DNA from: Fimbriimonadales bacterium
GTDB taxonomy: Bacteria > Armatimonadota > Fimbriimonadia > Fimbriimonadales > ATM1
Reading direction: 5' to 3'
Assembly: GCA_041744215.1 (NCBI GenBank)
Contig: JBGTLG010000006.1
Location: forward strand, 165,632 to 229,631
Length of the DNA stretch: 64,000 bases
The position numbers and the translations under genes were made by a program. This document shows, piece after piece, positions 1-9,432 of this stretch. The notes beneath the pieces were generated by a model that was not told where the DNA came from, ran no database searches, and saw only the letters and a program-made list of their open reading frames with translations. How positions within the stretch are numbered: the first letter of the stretch is position 1; each line of letters starts with the position of its first letter.

Positions 1-82
1 GACCGCCTACCTCGGCCACCACGTCCGGGTGTGGCTCGTTTATGTCTTCTGGGGCATTTTCTGGCAGATTCGTCTTGGCCAT
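1..82 (-). CDS. 5' fragment of an unknown gene running off the left edge (MAKTNLPENAPEDINEPHPDVVAEVGG...)
   Basis: Open minus frame from ATG at 82 (or GTG at 103) to the window edge, downstream of the sugar transferase; too short to identify. Confidence 0.4.
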   Translation of the reverse strand, partial: MAKTNLPENAPEDINEPHPDVVAEVGG

Positions 83-156
83 CCTCAACTCCGATACGTT
101 CACTGGGCAGACTATGTCGCCTTGTGAAGGTGCAAATTATGTGCCGAAACCGCTCC

Positions 157-819
157 TCAGTATGCGCCGTCGCCCCGCAGCACTGCCGTTGGCGTCTTCA
201 TCAGTATCTTCAAGTCGAGCCAGAAAGACATGTGTTCCACATAGAAAGAGTCGAGGGCCATCCACTCATCGAAGGACGTATCGCTGCGCCCGCAGATCTG
301 CCAGAGGCAGGTGATGCCCGGTGGGATGCTCAGCCGTTTGAAGGCGGCATCGTCGTACTGCTCGACCTCTCTTGGGAGCGGAGGGCGAGGTCCCACGAGG
401 CTCATGTCTCCCCTCAGAACATTGAACAACTGGGGAAGTTCGTCGAGGCTGTACTTGCGCAAAAAACGTCCCACTCGCGTCACCCGCGGATCGTTCTTCA
501 TCTTGAAGATCGGCCCGTCTTTTTCGTTGCCATCCTTGAGAAGTTCGGCCAGTCGTTGGTCAGCGTCCCGGTACATTGACCTGAACTTGAGAAACTCGAA
601 TGTTACGCCATATCGTCCGACGCGCTTTTGCTTGTAGATGATGGGCCCTGGGCTACTGAGCTTGACGCTTAGCGCGATTGCCAGGAGGATGGGTGACAAC
701 AGGAGGATCAGCGTGAGGCTGCCGGTGAAGTCAAGGATCCGCTTCCAGAACGCGTAGTTCACCCTCACGCGCGGGATGCGCGCTGAGAACGTCGATTCGG
801 GTTGATTTGTCGCGTTCAT
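157..819 (-). CDS. Bacterial sugar transferase (WcaJ/EpsL-type priming phosphoglycosyltransferase, catalytic domain)
   Basis: Motifs KRILD, KFRSM, DPRVTRVGRFLRKYSLDELPQ, GDMSLVGPRP, PGITCLWQ. Confidence 0.95.
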   Translation of the reverse strand: MNATNQPESTFSARIPRVRVNYAFWKRILDFTGSLTLILLLSPILLAIALSVKLSSPGPIIYKQKRVGRYGVTFEFLKFRSMYRDADQRLAELLKDGNEKDGPIFKMKNDPRVTRVGRFLRKYSLDELPQLFNVLRGDMSLVGPRPPLPREVEQYDDAAFKRLSIPPGITCLWQICGRSDTSFDEWMALDSFYVEHMSFWLDLKILMKTPTAVLRGDGAY

Positions 820-858
820 AGTTGGTTAGGGAGCGCACTTTGCACTTCCTAACCCATA

Positions 859-3051
859 CTACTCTTCGTCTTCCTCTTTTGTTGACCCGTACTGTTGCGG
901 TTTTTGTCCTGAGGCAGACTGACCTGGGCCCAGCGCGGCTCTGCCGCTTGACGAGTGGTGCCGGCTAATCGAAGACTCGTAGCTCCTTCGATAGTTTTGG
1001 TACGACGGACAATCGTTCGGGCGGGTCTTGTTGAGAACCATTCCGATTACGTTCACTCCGAGCCTTTCAAGGCTCTTGTGGAATTCGTACTCGGCTTCGC
1101 TCGCGGATGTTCCCGCTTCGTGGATCAGCACGACGTTCTGTACGTTCTCTGCGAGGACTACGGGATCGCCGAAAGTGCTGCCAGCAGGGCTGTCGAAGAC
1201 GATGAAGTCCGCGCCCTTGCTGATCTGCTCGACAAACTCATCCATCGCATTGCTGCCGAGGAAGCGCACTGGGTTTACGGGCGGTTCGCCAGCGGCGATG
1301 AACAGCAATCCTTCAACGCCTGTCGGCTGCACGACGTCTTCGATTCCTGCCGTGCCTCCGAGGATTTCGGAAAGGCCAGCACGATTCTGCAGACCAAAGT
1401 GTTCGTGGAGTGACGGCTTCCGCATATCTGCGTCGATTAGCAGAACGCGTGCGCCATCGCGTGCAAGGCTGATCGCGAGATTCGCGGCGATGGTGCTCCG
1501 GCCGACTCTCGGCTCCGCAGCAGCAACAAGAATTCCTGGCCCCTGGAGTTTCTCCTTGATCGCCATGATCTGAGTACTCAGAATCTGATAACTCGCTGCG
1601 AGCGGGCTCGGTTGCTCGACGTCCGGATTCAGCCGCTGCTGGCTGCTGCGCGGCAGCGCGGCAATCACAGGGAAGCCAAGCGCATTCTCAGCGTCGCTCG
1701 CCGTGTACGCCGCCTGGTCAATCTGGCCAAGGCTCGCGACGAGGGAGACTGCCACGATTAGCGACAAGAAGAACGCAATTGAAGTTTTTAGGATGATTGC
1801 GGGGTCTACCGGCTGGACATTGGGCGGGTCTAAGAAGTAGACGCCTCGCGTTTCATTTTCCTTTTGGCGAACCTGCGCCTCGCTCACCTTCTGTGCGAGG
1901 TTGTTGACCGAGACCGCTTGAGCCGCGATCGCAGCTTGTGCGCTGCCGAGTTCCTTCTGGACGATGGGCAGTCGATCAAATCTTTGTTGAAGATTGCTCA
2001 GTTCAGCCGTCGCCTGGCGCAGTTCCGCACTTGAAGCTTGTATCGCCTTGTCGCCGAGGTAGATGTCGCTGAGGCGCTGCACTTCAAGTCCGCTTGCGTC
2101 GGACGTGGTGGTGCTCTCGAAGTACACCTGGTCCGAGTCTTCGAGGTGCTTTAGGTGAGCCTTGTCTGCCTCAAGCTGCTGCCGAATCGTGATGATTCTG
2201 GGGTGCTGAGGGCCGTAGGTTTCGAGCGCCGCGCTCAGTGTCGATTCGGTTCCTGCAATACGCCGCCGCACCTCGTCGTAAATGGGGTTGAGCGTCCGCT
2301 GTCGGCCAGCGATGGGATCCAGGATCGGACTGTCTTCGTAGCGCCGGGCTGTGTCCAGCGTTGCTCTTGAAGCCGCCATGTTTTTCTGGGCCTCAGAGAT
2401 GCGTTGCTTCGTCAAGTTCATCTGAGTTACGAGGCCCGAGGTATTGACATCGAATGCGATAGCCTCTGGGTAACGCTCCATGAACTCTTTCTGCTCTTGC
2501 AGTCGCTGGTCGTAGATGCGCTGCTGTTCCGCCAGCTGATCCTTGATGAACTGCAGTTGCTGGTCGGCCATTTCTGAGTTGAGGTTTCGGTAACGGGCTA
2601 AGAAGTGGTGACGCACGACTTCGACGACGCGCTTGGTCTTTTCTGGGTTATCGCCGACGTAGGCAACTGCGATGAATTCGGAACCCCTGAGCGGGCGGAC
2701 GTCGATGGAGCGGAAGAACTTCCGCTCGGCTTCGGGGGAGCCGCCCTCGACGACACGCTCGGAAGTCAGCTGATCATACGCTGCGCGCAGCACGGAGTAC
2801 GATGTGATCGTGTTCGCGAGGTTAGTAACACGAATTTCTTGCTCGTTCACCGCTCCGCCCATCGCTTGAGACAGGTAGATGTCGGTAAGCCCCATGTCGC
2901 GGTTCCTTCGATCCGCGAGTGTCATGAAGCCTTCGTACTTCGGCGGCGAGAAAATCGTGTACAGCATCGTTCCGACCGTGATCGGCACGACGATTAGCGC
3001 TAGCAGCCACCATCGCTGCTTTAGTGATCTCAGAAACTTTCCGCGTCCCAC
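859..3051 (-). CDS. wzc: Wzc-like polysaccharide co-polymerase / BY-kinase
   Basis: Two TM helices flanking a coiled-coil periplasmic region; C-terminal P-loop domain (EPRVGRST, LIDADMRKP, FIVFDSP); adjacent to wza. Confidence 0.9.
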   Translation of the reverse strand: MGRGKFLRSLKQRWWLLALIVVPITVGTMLYTIFSPPKYEGFMTLADRRNRDMGLTDIYLSQAMGGAVNEQEIRVTNLANTITSYSVLRAAYDQLTSERVVEGGSPEAERKFFRSIDVRPLRGSEFIAVAYVGDNPEKTKRVVEVVRHHFLARYRNLNSEMADQQLQFIKDQLAEQQRIYDQRLQEQKEFMERYPEAIAFDVNTSGLVTQMNLTKQRISEAQKNMAASRATLDTARRYEDSPILDPIAGRQRTLNPIYDEVRRRIAGTESTLSAALETYGPQHPRIITIRQQLEADKAHLKHLEDSDQVYFESTTTSDASGLEVQRLSDIYLGDKAIQASSAELRQATAELSNLQQRFDRLPIVQKELGSAQAAIAAQAVSVNNLAQKVSEAQVRQKENETRGVYFLDPPNVQPVDPAIILKTSIAFFLSLIVAVSLVASLGQIDQAAYTASDAENALGFPVIAALPRSSQQRLNPDVEQPSPLAASYQILSTQIMAIKEKLQGPGILVAAAEPRVGRSTIAANLAISLARDGARVLLIDADMRKPSLHEHFGLQNRAGLSEILGGTAGIEDVVQPTGVEGLLFIAAGEPPVNPVRFLGSNAMDEFVEQISKGADFIVFDSPAGSTFGDPVVLAENVQNVVLIHEAGTSASEAEYEFHKSLERLGVNVIGMVLNKTRPNDCPSYQNYRRSYESSISRHHSSSGRAALGPGQSASGQKPQQYGSTKEEDEE

Positions 3052-3075
3052 AATGAATCTCCAATCGTTACCAGG

Positions 3076-4005
3076 TTAAAACCGAGGGAAAAAGCTGAAG
3101 TTCCGATTCAGCAGACTTGCCACCGTGAACGCCAAGTTCGCGTAGGCGGAAGCTCGCCCCAAGTCCGGGTTCTTTGTCGTCGGTACGTAGATCAAGTCGC
3201 CAGGGAGCAACTCGACATTCTGGCTGTAGTCGTTTCGGTCTGTGAACCTCACAAAGTCCACGACGAATTGTCGGTACTCGAACGGTCGCCCTGGCACAGG
3301 CCGCTGGATCGACACTTCCGAAAGTTTGCTCCGGTCAGGAATGGGCCCATTAGCCAGGGCAATCGCATCAGACAGCATCATGCCTTTCGTCCACAGGAAT
3401 TGGCCAGGTCGCGCCACGTACCCAAGGACGTTCACGCGCTGAGGCTCGATCTCCGGAATGTTGATAATGTCGCCGTCGCGCAACTCGTAGTTCTGCGACA
3501 GGTCACCCTTCTCCAGCATCGATTCGAGATCGAGGGGAATCTGCTCAACAGTCCCTTTCCGCACCAACACGGCCTTCTTTAGGTCAGATCTCTGCGGGAT
3601 CTGACCTCCCGCTTGGGCAATCAGGGACAAAACCCGATCGCCGGGGCGGAAATCATACTGGCCTGGCTTCTGGACAATGCCAACCACACTGGCTCGGGTT
3701 GGACGAAATCGAATGATATTGACCGAGACCTTCGGGTCTTTGAAGTAGTCGGGCTTCAGTCGATTCGTGATCAGGTTCTCAACCTCGAGCGGGGTCATCC
3801 CCTCGACCTTGATGAACCCAAGGAAGGGGTAGCTGATCGATCCGTCCTGGCTGATGATCGCGTCGACGCCCATGTCCGGCTCACCGTACACGCGAATGGA
3901 AATCACGTCCTCAGGCCCTAATCGATAGGGCAAGGCCGTCGTTTGGGCGAGCGCACTTGCAAACATCCATGTGAGCAACCCTAGGAATACCCAGAATCTC
4001 GACAT
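3076..4005 (-). CDS. wza: Polysaccharide export protein (Poly_export + SLBB domains)
   Basis: YRLGPEDVISIRVYGEP, DGSISYPFLGFIKVEG and SLBB repeats; ATG at 4005 follows a CAGGAG SD and gives a signal peptide. Confidence 0.9.
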   Translation of the reverse strand: MSRFWVFLGLLTWMFASALAQTTALPYRLGPEDVISIRVYGEPDMGVDAIISQDGSISYPFLGFIKVEGMTPLEVENLITNRLKPDYFKDPKVSVNIIRFRPTRASVVGIVQKPGQYDFRPGDRVLSLIAQAGGQIPQRSDLKKAVLVRKGTVEQIPLDLESMLEKGDLSQNYELRDGDIINIPEIEPQRVNVLGYVARPGQFLWTKGMMLSDAIALANGPIPDRSKLSEVSIQRPVPGRPFEYRQFVVDFVRFTDRNDYSQNVELLPGDLIYVPTTKNPDLGRASAYANLAFTVASLLNRNFSFFPRF

Positions 4006-4117
4006 CACCACTCTCCTGTGGGGCTGGGCGATTGAACGCCCAAGAGAACACCCTAGGCCCGGTTCCTCAACAGAATCTGGCCCGGTTGCTCTCATCCAAT
4101 CTCGTATTGTAGCAAAT

Positions 4118-4792
4118 TCACGGCGATTTAGCAATGTTTCGACGGACTCCTTCAATTACGACGCTCACTTCACCTTTCAAGTTCGTGGCCTGGGCGAACA
4201 CTACGGATAGACGCCCGCGCAGTACCCCTTGGTGCATTTTCGTCATCTCGCGGCAAATCGCCACCCTGCGGTCACCAAGAACGGCGAGGGCCGATTCCAG
4301 CATTTTGGGGGTCCGCTCGGCTGATTCGAAGATCACGAGAGTGTAGGTCGAATCCCGGAATGCCTCGAACTCTGCCCTCTGGGCTCCGGTTTTTCTGGGC
4401 AAAAACCCCAAGAAGGCAAACCTCTGGGCGAAGAAGCCGCTGAGCGCCAGCGCGTTCGTGACTGCCGACGCTCCAGGTATGGCGTCGACCTCGACCCCGG
4501 ATGCGTACGCCAGATCCACGAGACGGGCGCCTGGATCGCTCACCGCGGGTGTTCCCGCATCTGAAGCGAAGACCACGACCTTTCCTGAGGCGATCTGGTC
4601 AACGATCTTCTCCAGTGCTGCGTCTGGCGCGTGCTCGTCAAGCCGAGCAAGTGGCTTTTTGAGTCCCTTCAGCGAGAGGAGGCGTCCGGTGACCCGCGTG
4701 TCCTCCGCCGCCACGAGGTCGCAACTCGACAGTGCTTCGAGCGCCCGGGGGGACAGGTCTCCCAGGTTGCCAATTGGGGTCGAAACGACGAT
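4118..4792 (-). CDS. rsmI: 16S rRNA C1402 2'-O-methyltransferase RsmI (start codon uncertain, probably non-canonical)
   Basis: IVVSTPIGNLGDLSPRA, AAEDTR, SDAGTPAVSDPG, FLGFLP, RELTK-like REMTKMH; the conserved N-terminus lies upstream of the track start at 4714. Confidence 0.9.
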   Translation of the reverse strand: MVVSTPIGNLGDLSPRALEALSSCDLVAAEDTRVTGRLLSLKGLKKPLARLDEHAPDAALEKIVDQIASGKVVVFASDAGTPAVSDPGARLVDLAYASGVEVDAIPGASAVTNALALSGFFAQRFAFLGFLPRKTGAQRAEFEAFRDSTYTLVIFESAERTPKMLESALAVLGDRRVAICREMTKMHQGVLRGRLSVVFAQATNLKGEVSVVIEGVRRNIAKSP

Positions 4793-6618
4793 TAGCCGCC
4801 CGGCGGTGCTGTCTCCGGGGTCTCTTGACCCTCCGTCGGGTTCGCCTGGCGTTCCGCTTCCTCTTGGAGTCTCTTCTCTTCCTCTTCTAATTTCTTTGCC
4901 TCTTCAGCGTTCTGCTTTGCGAGTTCAATCTCCGCCTTAACTTGGTCGATGACCGGTGAATTCGGGGTCGCAACCTCGATCGCTCGTGGCAGCAGCGCTT
5001 CGACCTTCTCCACGTTAGGGAAGGTGGACGGATTGTAAAGGGTCGCATTTGTGGCGATGTCAAGCAGCTGCTCAAGCGCCTGATCTCCCATTTTCGCTGC
5101 CAGCAGTACGTTCAAGTACTGGAATTTGAACTCGGATGACGAGATGAAGCTCGCGACGTCAGCGTATACCTGGAGCCTCTCCTCGTTGAGCTGATCTTTG
5201 TCGGGCCCCGCAGGTGTCAGCGAATCGATCTGTTCGAAGCAGACGTAGCGCAGGCTGGCGACCAGATCCGGACTGTTAGCCTCCGCTTCGCGCAGCGCCT
5301 CGAAGATCGTTCGGAACTCCATAAGCCGCTTGGTTTGATTCTCTGCCCCGGCAAACTCGGCATGTCTCGCGCCGGTCGGATTGACGATCTGATCGTACTC
5401 GTGCAGCAATCGGAACGCTTCGCTTTCCCACTCGATTTTCGCGGTCTTGCGCGTCTGCTCGATACCATCGTTGATTCGACCTGCTACGGCCGCCGTTCTT
5501 ATGTCATTGGCTCGCTTAGCCTTCTGCGCCTCAAAGTCTTCAGGAACCCCCGGCTCGATTTTTACGAGTTTGTAGACGGCCGCTCCCGTCGGAAGCTCGA
5601 CGACATCGGACACTCCCCCGGGCTCGAGGTCCAAGACCACTTTGTAGGATCCGGCTGCTTCAATGGCATATCTATCCAAAGTCTGCTCGGCCACTTCGGA
5701 GGGCTTCATGTTCGAATCCGACGGGCGCATGTCGGAGTACTCGTCGATCGCCGCCTTGAAGTCCATTCCTCCTCGGATCTTCTCGAGCGCTTCAGCTGCC
5801 CGAGCCTTTGCGTCGCCGGAGGTTCCGGCCTCGAAGTAGATCTGTTGGTAAGTGACCTTGTCGTAACTCTTCTTTAGCGCCGCATCCGAAGTGTCGACCG
5901 CTCGTTCCCACTTTCGCCGGATCTGGTCGGCCGCCATTTCGGCCTGAAGCGACTGGTACTGACCTCGCTCGTTCATAGCCTGCCGGTAAAGCGCCAAAAT
6001 CTGCTGCTTCAGTTCGGGAATTTTCTGCCCTGAGACCGTCTCGAAAAACCTCACATCCGACAGCCCTTTCATCTCATCGATTCGGCGCTGAGCAGCCAGG
6101 TACTCCTCCGACGTTTCTCCCTTCTCCTTCTTAAGCTGCTCCAATTGGATGTCTGCCATCCTCACCTGGATCTCGCGGTTTTGCGCAGTGTTCGCTACCT
6201 GTTCTTCGACCATACGATCGGCAGCTGCGGGCACCCAGTCGTTTATCTCGTCTGGGCCAAGCTCGATGCCTTCCTTTGCAGCGATGCTAAGCAGGGCCGC
6301 TGCGTTGATCGATGTGTCTACTGCCTGTGAGAACGACGAGACGATCTCGGCCGGTCCCACCTCGCCAGTCGAGTTAGGATCCTGGCGTTTCTCTTCAATG
6401 ATGCGCATCTGGGTCGCGCGCGCGTTCGAGTCGATGGTGACCTGGTAGATAGAAACGCCGTCCATCTTGAACGCGACTGGGCCAAAGTCTCCGGTGGCCA
6501 TCTGTTGACCGCCACTACCACCTACCATGACGAGGCCCAGGATGAGGGCGACACCCAGGACGCCAGCCGCGATGAGCCCGCAGGCGGCGAATTGATTTCT
6601 GATCTTAGTAATCGACAA
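4792..6618 (-). CDS. Membrane-anchored SurA/PpiC-like peptidyl-prolyl isomerase/chaperone with helical C-terminal extension
   Basis: N-terminal TM; rotamase-like AKARAAEALEKIRGGMDFKAAIDEYSD and LEPGGVSDVVELPTG; TTG start with AGGAG SD. Confidence 0.75.
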   Translation of the reverse strand: MSITKIRNQFAACGLIAAGVLGVALILGLVMVGGSGGQQMATGDFGPVAFKMDGVSIYQVTIDSNARATQMRIIEEKRQDPNSTGEVGPAEIVSSFSQAVDTSINAAALLSIAAKEGIELGPDEINDWVPAAADRMVEEQVANTAQNREIQVRMADIQLEQLKKEKGETSEEYLAAQRRIDEMKGLSDVRFFETVSGQKIPELKQQILALYRQAMNERGQYQSLQAEMAADQIRRKWERAVDTSDAALKKSYDKVTYQQIYFEAGTSGDAKARAAEALEKIRGGMDFKAAIDEYSDMRPSDSNMKPSEVAEQTLDRYAIEAAGSYKVVLDLEPGGVSDVVELPTGAAVYKLVKIEPGVPEDFEAQKAKRANDIRTAAVAGRINDGIEQTRKTAKIEWESEAFRLLHEYDQIVNPTGARHAEFAGAENQTKRLMEFRTIFEALREAEANSPDLVASLRYVCFEQIDSLTPAGPDKDQLNEERLQVYADVASFISSSEFKFQYLNVLLAAKMGDQALEQLLDIATNATLYNPSTFPNVEKVEALLPRAIEVATPNSPVIDQVKAEIELAKQNAEEAKKLEEEEKRLQEEAERQANPTEGQETPETAPPGG

Positions 6619-6692
6619 GGCGTGTAACTCCTACGAACGGAACGGGAATTCCAAAATTATGACACGGAGGGGGCGGCCCTTCCGTCTGGCTA

Positions 6693-6722
6693 TTGACAAG
6701 TAGACGTCCGTGCGTATACACT
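6693..6722 (+). promoter_or_regulatory. sigma70-type promoter of lexA with an overlapping imperfect palindrome
   Basis: TTGACA 6693-6698; TATACA/TACACT 6715-6722; GTAGACG-N6-CGTATAC 6700-6719. Confidence 0.6.
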
Positions 6723-6747
6723 TGACACAGGAGGAAGAGGAACTACC

Positions 6748-7377
6748 ATGACGAGAGGACTGACGAAACGGCAAGAAGAGGTGCTCGAGTGCATCTGCGA
6801 CTACGTTGAAGACCATGGCTATCCGCCCTCGATCCGCGAGATCGGTGAGCGATTCAAGATCCAAAGCCTAAGGGGGGTGACGGTACACCTCGACGCTCTG
6901 CAAAGAAAGGGCTTCATCGCGAGGGGGTCAAACCCGCGCTCGATTCAGATCACGCACCCTGCCTACCGGCCGGGCCCAAGCTCGAGGATGGTGCCGATCG
7001 TCGGCACAATCGCCGCTGGCTCGCCGATTACCGCCGAACAAAACGTCGAGTCGGTGGTTCCGGTTCCCGCTGAGATGGTGAGAAACATCGAAGGCGCGTT
7101 CTTGCTCAGGGTCAAAGGCGACTCTATGACCGGCGAGGGGATTATGCCCAGGGACCTCGTCTTGATCAAGCCGCAGAAGGTTGCAAGAAACTCCGATCTT
7201 GTGGCCGTGATGATCGACGACGAGGCGACAGTGAAACGTATTCAGTTCGAAAAGACGCACGTCAAGCTTCACGCCAGCAACCCGGCGTACGATCCGATCG
7301 TGGTGAAGGGCGAAGACGCCCACATCATTGGAAAAGTCGTGGGACTGCTGCGCGACTACGAAGGCTTGTCGTTCTGA
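6748..7377 (+). CDS. lexA: SOS repressor LexA
   Basis: LTKRQ..GYPPSIREI wHTH; Ala-Gly cleavage site IAAG; catalytic GDSM and TVK; GGAGG SD. Confidence 0.97.
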   Translation: MTRGLTKRQEEVLECICDYVEDHGYPPSIREIGERFKIQSLRGVTVHLDALQRKGFIARGSNPRSIQITHPAYRPGPSSRMVPIVGTIAAGSPITAEQNVESVVPVPAEMVRNIEGAFLLRVKGDSMTGEGIMPRDLVLIKPQKVARNSDLVAVMIDDEATVKRIQFEKTHVKLHASNPAYDPIVVKGEDAHIIGKVVGLLRDYEGLSF

Positions 7378-7504
7378 GGACCTGGGGGGGTGGCGTTGGC
7401 TTTGCGTTTCGCGCCCAGCGTGGTGCCTTTTCCCTGTCTGGGCCGATTTGAGAGCAGCCTGATGCAGGATCGCTATCGCCTGCCATCGAACAACAGCCCA
7501 TTCC

Positions 7505-8488
7505 ATGAAAATCGGACTCTTTCTCGCCTTGTTCGGCGATAAATCGCTCGACGAGGCTCTTGACGCAGCCGCAGCAGAAGGTCTCGAAGCCGTCGAGATC
7601 GGAACAGGCAACTACCCCGGTAACCCCCATCTGGACGTTGACAAACTTCTCGCAGACAAAAAAGCAAGGACAGAGTTGCTAAAGCAGATCGAATCGCGCG
7701 GACTTACATTAAGTGCGCTGTCTTGCCACGGAAACGCGCTCCACCCGCAATCAAAGATTGCGAAAGCGCACCACGATACGTTTGTTAAAACCGTGCAACT
7801 CGCCGATGCGCTCGACGTGCGCATCGTCAATGGATTTAGTGGATGCCCCGGAGAGGGCCCGAATTCCAGATTTCCAAACTGGGTGACCTGCGCGTGGCCA
7901 GACGAGTTTCGCGAAGTACTCGAATGGCAATGGGAAGAGCGTGTTATTCCGTATTGGACGGAGCAAGCCGCGTACCTATCGAAGCACAAAACCCGTTTTG
8001 CTATTGAGATGCACCCGGGTTTTGTTTGCTACACCAACGATACACTGCTGAAGCTTCGCAACGGCGTCGGAAGGAATGGCGAATGGATCGGTGCGAACTT
8101 CGATCCGTCTCATCTGTGGTGGCAAGGTATTGACCCAATCGCGGCTGTTCGTCAACTTGGCGAAGAGCGCGCGCTATTCCACTGTCACGCAAAGGACGCG
8201 CGCATCGACCCATACACCAGCGCCCTTAATGGCAATCTTGATGCAAAGTCTTATGCTCGCATTGCTGATCGCTCGTGGGTGTTTCGGTCTGTGGGATATG
8301 GTCACAGCGTCGAATGGTGGAAGGACTTCGTATCAACGCTTCGGACAGTCGGATACGATCACGTGCTGTCAATTGAGCATGAAGACGGACTCATGTCTCC
8401 GATGGAGGGCCTGCGAAAAGCCCTTGAAGTGCTTCGGCAAGCCGTTATCTCAGAGCCTGCTGGCGAAATGTTCTGGGCGAAAGATTGA
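7505..8488 (+). CDS. Sugar phosphate isomerase/epimerase (AP_endonuc_2 TIM barrel)
   Basis: IEMHPG, NFDPSHL, HAKD and SIEHED metal motifs. Confidence 0.9.
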   Translation: MKIGLFLALFGDKSLDEALDAAAAEGLEAVEIGTGNYPGNPHLDVDKLLADKKARTELLKQIESRGLTLSALSCHGNALHPQSKIAKAHHDTFVKTVQLADALDVRIVNGFSGCPGEGPNSRFPNWVTCAWPDEFREVLEWQWEERVIPYWTEQAAYLSKHKTRFAIEMHPGFVCYTNDTLLKLRNGVGRNGEWIGANFDPSHLWWQGIDPIAAVRQLGEERALFHCHAKDARIDPYTSALNGNLDAKSYARIADRSWVFRSVGYGHSVEWWKDFVSTLRTVGYDHVLSIEHEDGLMSPMEGLRKALEVLRQAVISEPAGEMFWAKD

Positions 8489-8586
8489 CGTCGAGTAACA
8501 ACCGCGCAGGGTCTTCGGCAGCGAGTCCCGTCGCTTGTATCTACCGCTTCGTCGCTGGGATAGAAAGTCTTGTGTGCGGTCGAGCC

Positions 8587-9360
8587 TCACGGACCAAACA
8601 CTTCTGTTAGGAACTGTTTCATTGCCTCCCATGACCTGCGATCTGCTTTAGGATCATATGCGACACCACTTGTTCGGTTCGCGCCAGCGCTTGGTTCCGT
8701 GAAGCTGTGAACCGCTCCGCCGTACGCAATGAACACGTAGTCGATGCCGCTGCTCCGCATCTCCTGATGAAAAGCTTCGACATCTTTCGGCGGAACAAGT
8801 GGATCGTCCGCGCCATGCAAAACCAGAATCTTCGCTCGGATGTCTTTAGCGTCTTGCGGAGTCGGTGTGTCGAGTCCCCCGTGGAAACTCACCACACCGC
8901 GAACATCCGCGCCGCTCCGAGCAAGTTCCAGCACGGCCGTACCGCCGAAGCAGTATCCGATCGCGGCGATCTTTGTCGGATCGACTCGCGGGTGGGACCT
9001 AATGAAGGACAGTGCGGCGTTCGCGCGCTGGCGAAACAGCTTTCTGTCGTTCTTGTACTTCGAACTCTCGTCCATATTCTGTTGAAGAGTTCTTGGTCGG
9101 ACTCCTTTGCCGTAAACGTCGGCGCAAAATGCGACATAACCCAGCGCTGCGACTTGTTCGGCGCGCTTCATTTCGTAGTCGTCAAGCCCATTCCAATCAT
9201 GGAAAATGATAACGGCTGGAGCTTTCGACTTTGAGTCGTCATAAACGATATATCCTTCCATCGGCACTTCGCCATCCATGTAGGTGACCGGGTTTTTGAC
9301 GATATCGGAGTGCCCGCTCGTGGCGGTTAGCAAGAGGATTGTTACAAAGAGGGTGCGCAT
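8587..9360 (-). CDS. Secreted dienelactone hydrolase family protein
   Basis: GYCFGG nucleophile motif, HGADDP, HSFT; signal peptide; alternative start at 9372. Confidence 0.9.
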   Translation of the reverse strand: MRTLFVTILLLTATSGHSDIVKNPVTYMDGEVPMEGYIVYDDSKSKAPAVIIFHDWNGLDDYEMKRAEQVAALGYVAFCADVYGKGVRPRTLQQNMDESSKYKNDRKLFRQRANAALSFIRSHPRVDPTKIAAIGYCFGGTAVLELARSGADVRGVVSFHGGLDTPTPQDAKDIRAKILVLHGADDPLVPPKDVEAFHQEMRSSGIDYVFIAYGGAVHSFTEPSAGANRTSGVAYDPKADRRSWEAMKQFLTEVFGP

Positions 9361-9432
9361 AGAGTTAACCATACGACGCCTCAGGCCTCAAGATTGTTTT
9401 GCTTGATCTGACATCGCGTAAAATCACCCGTC

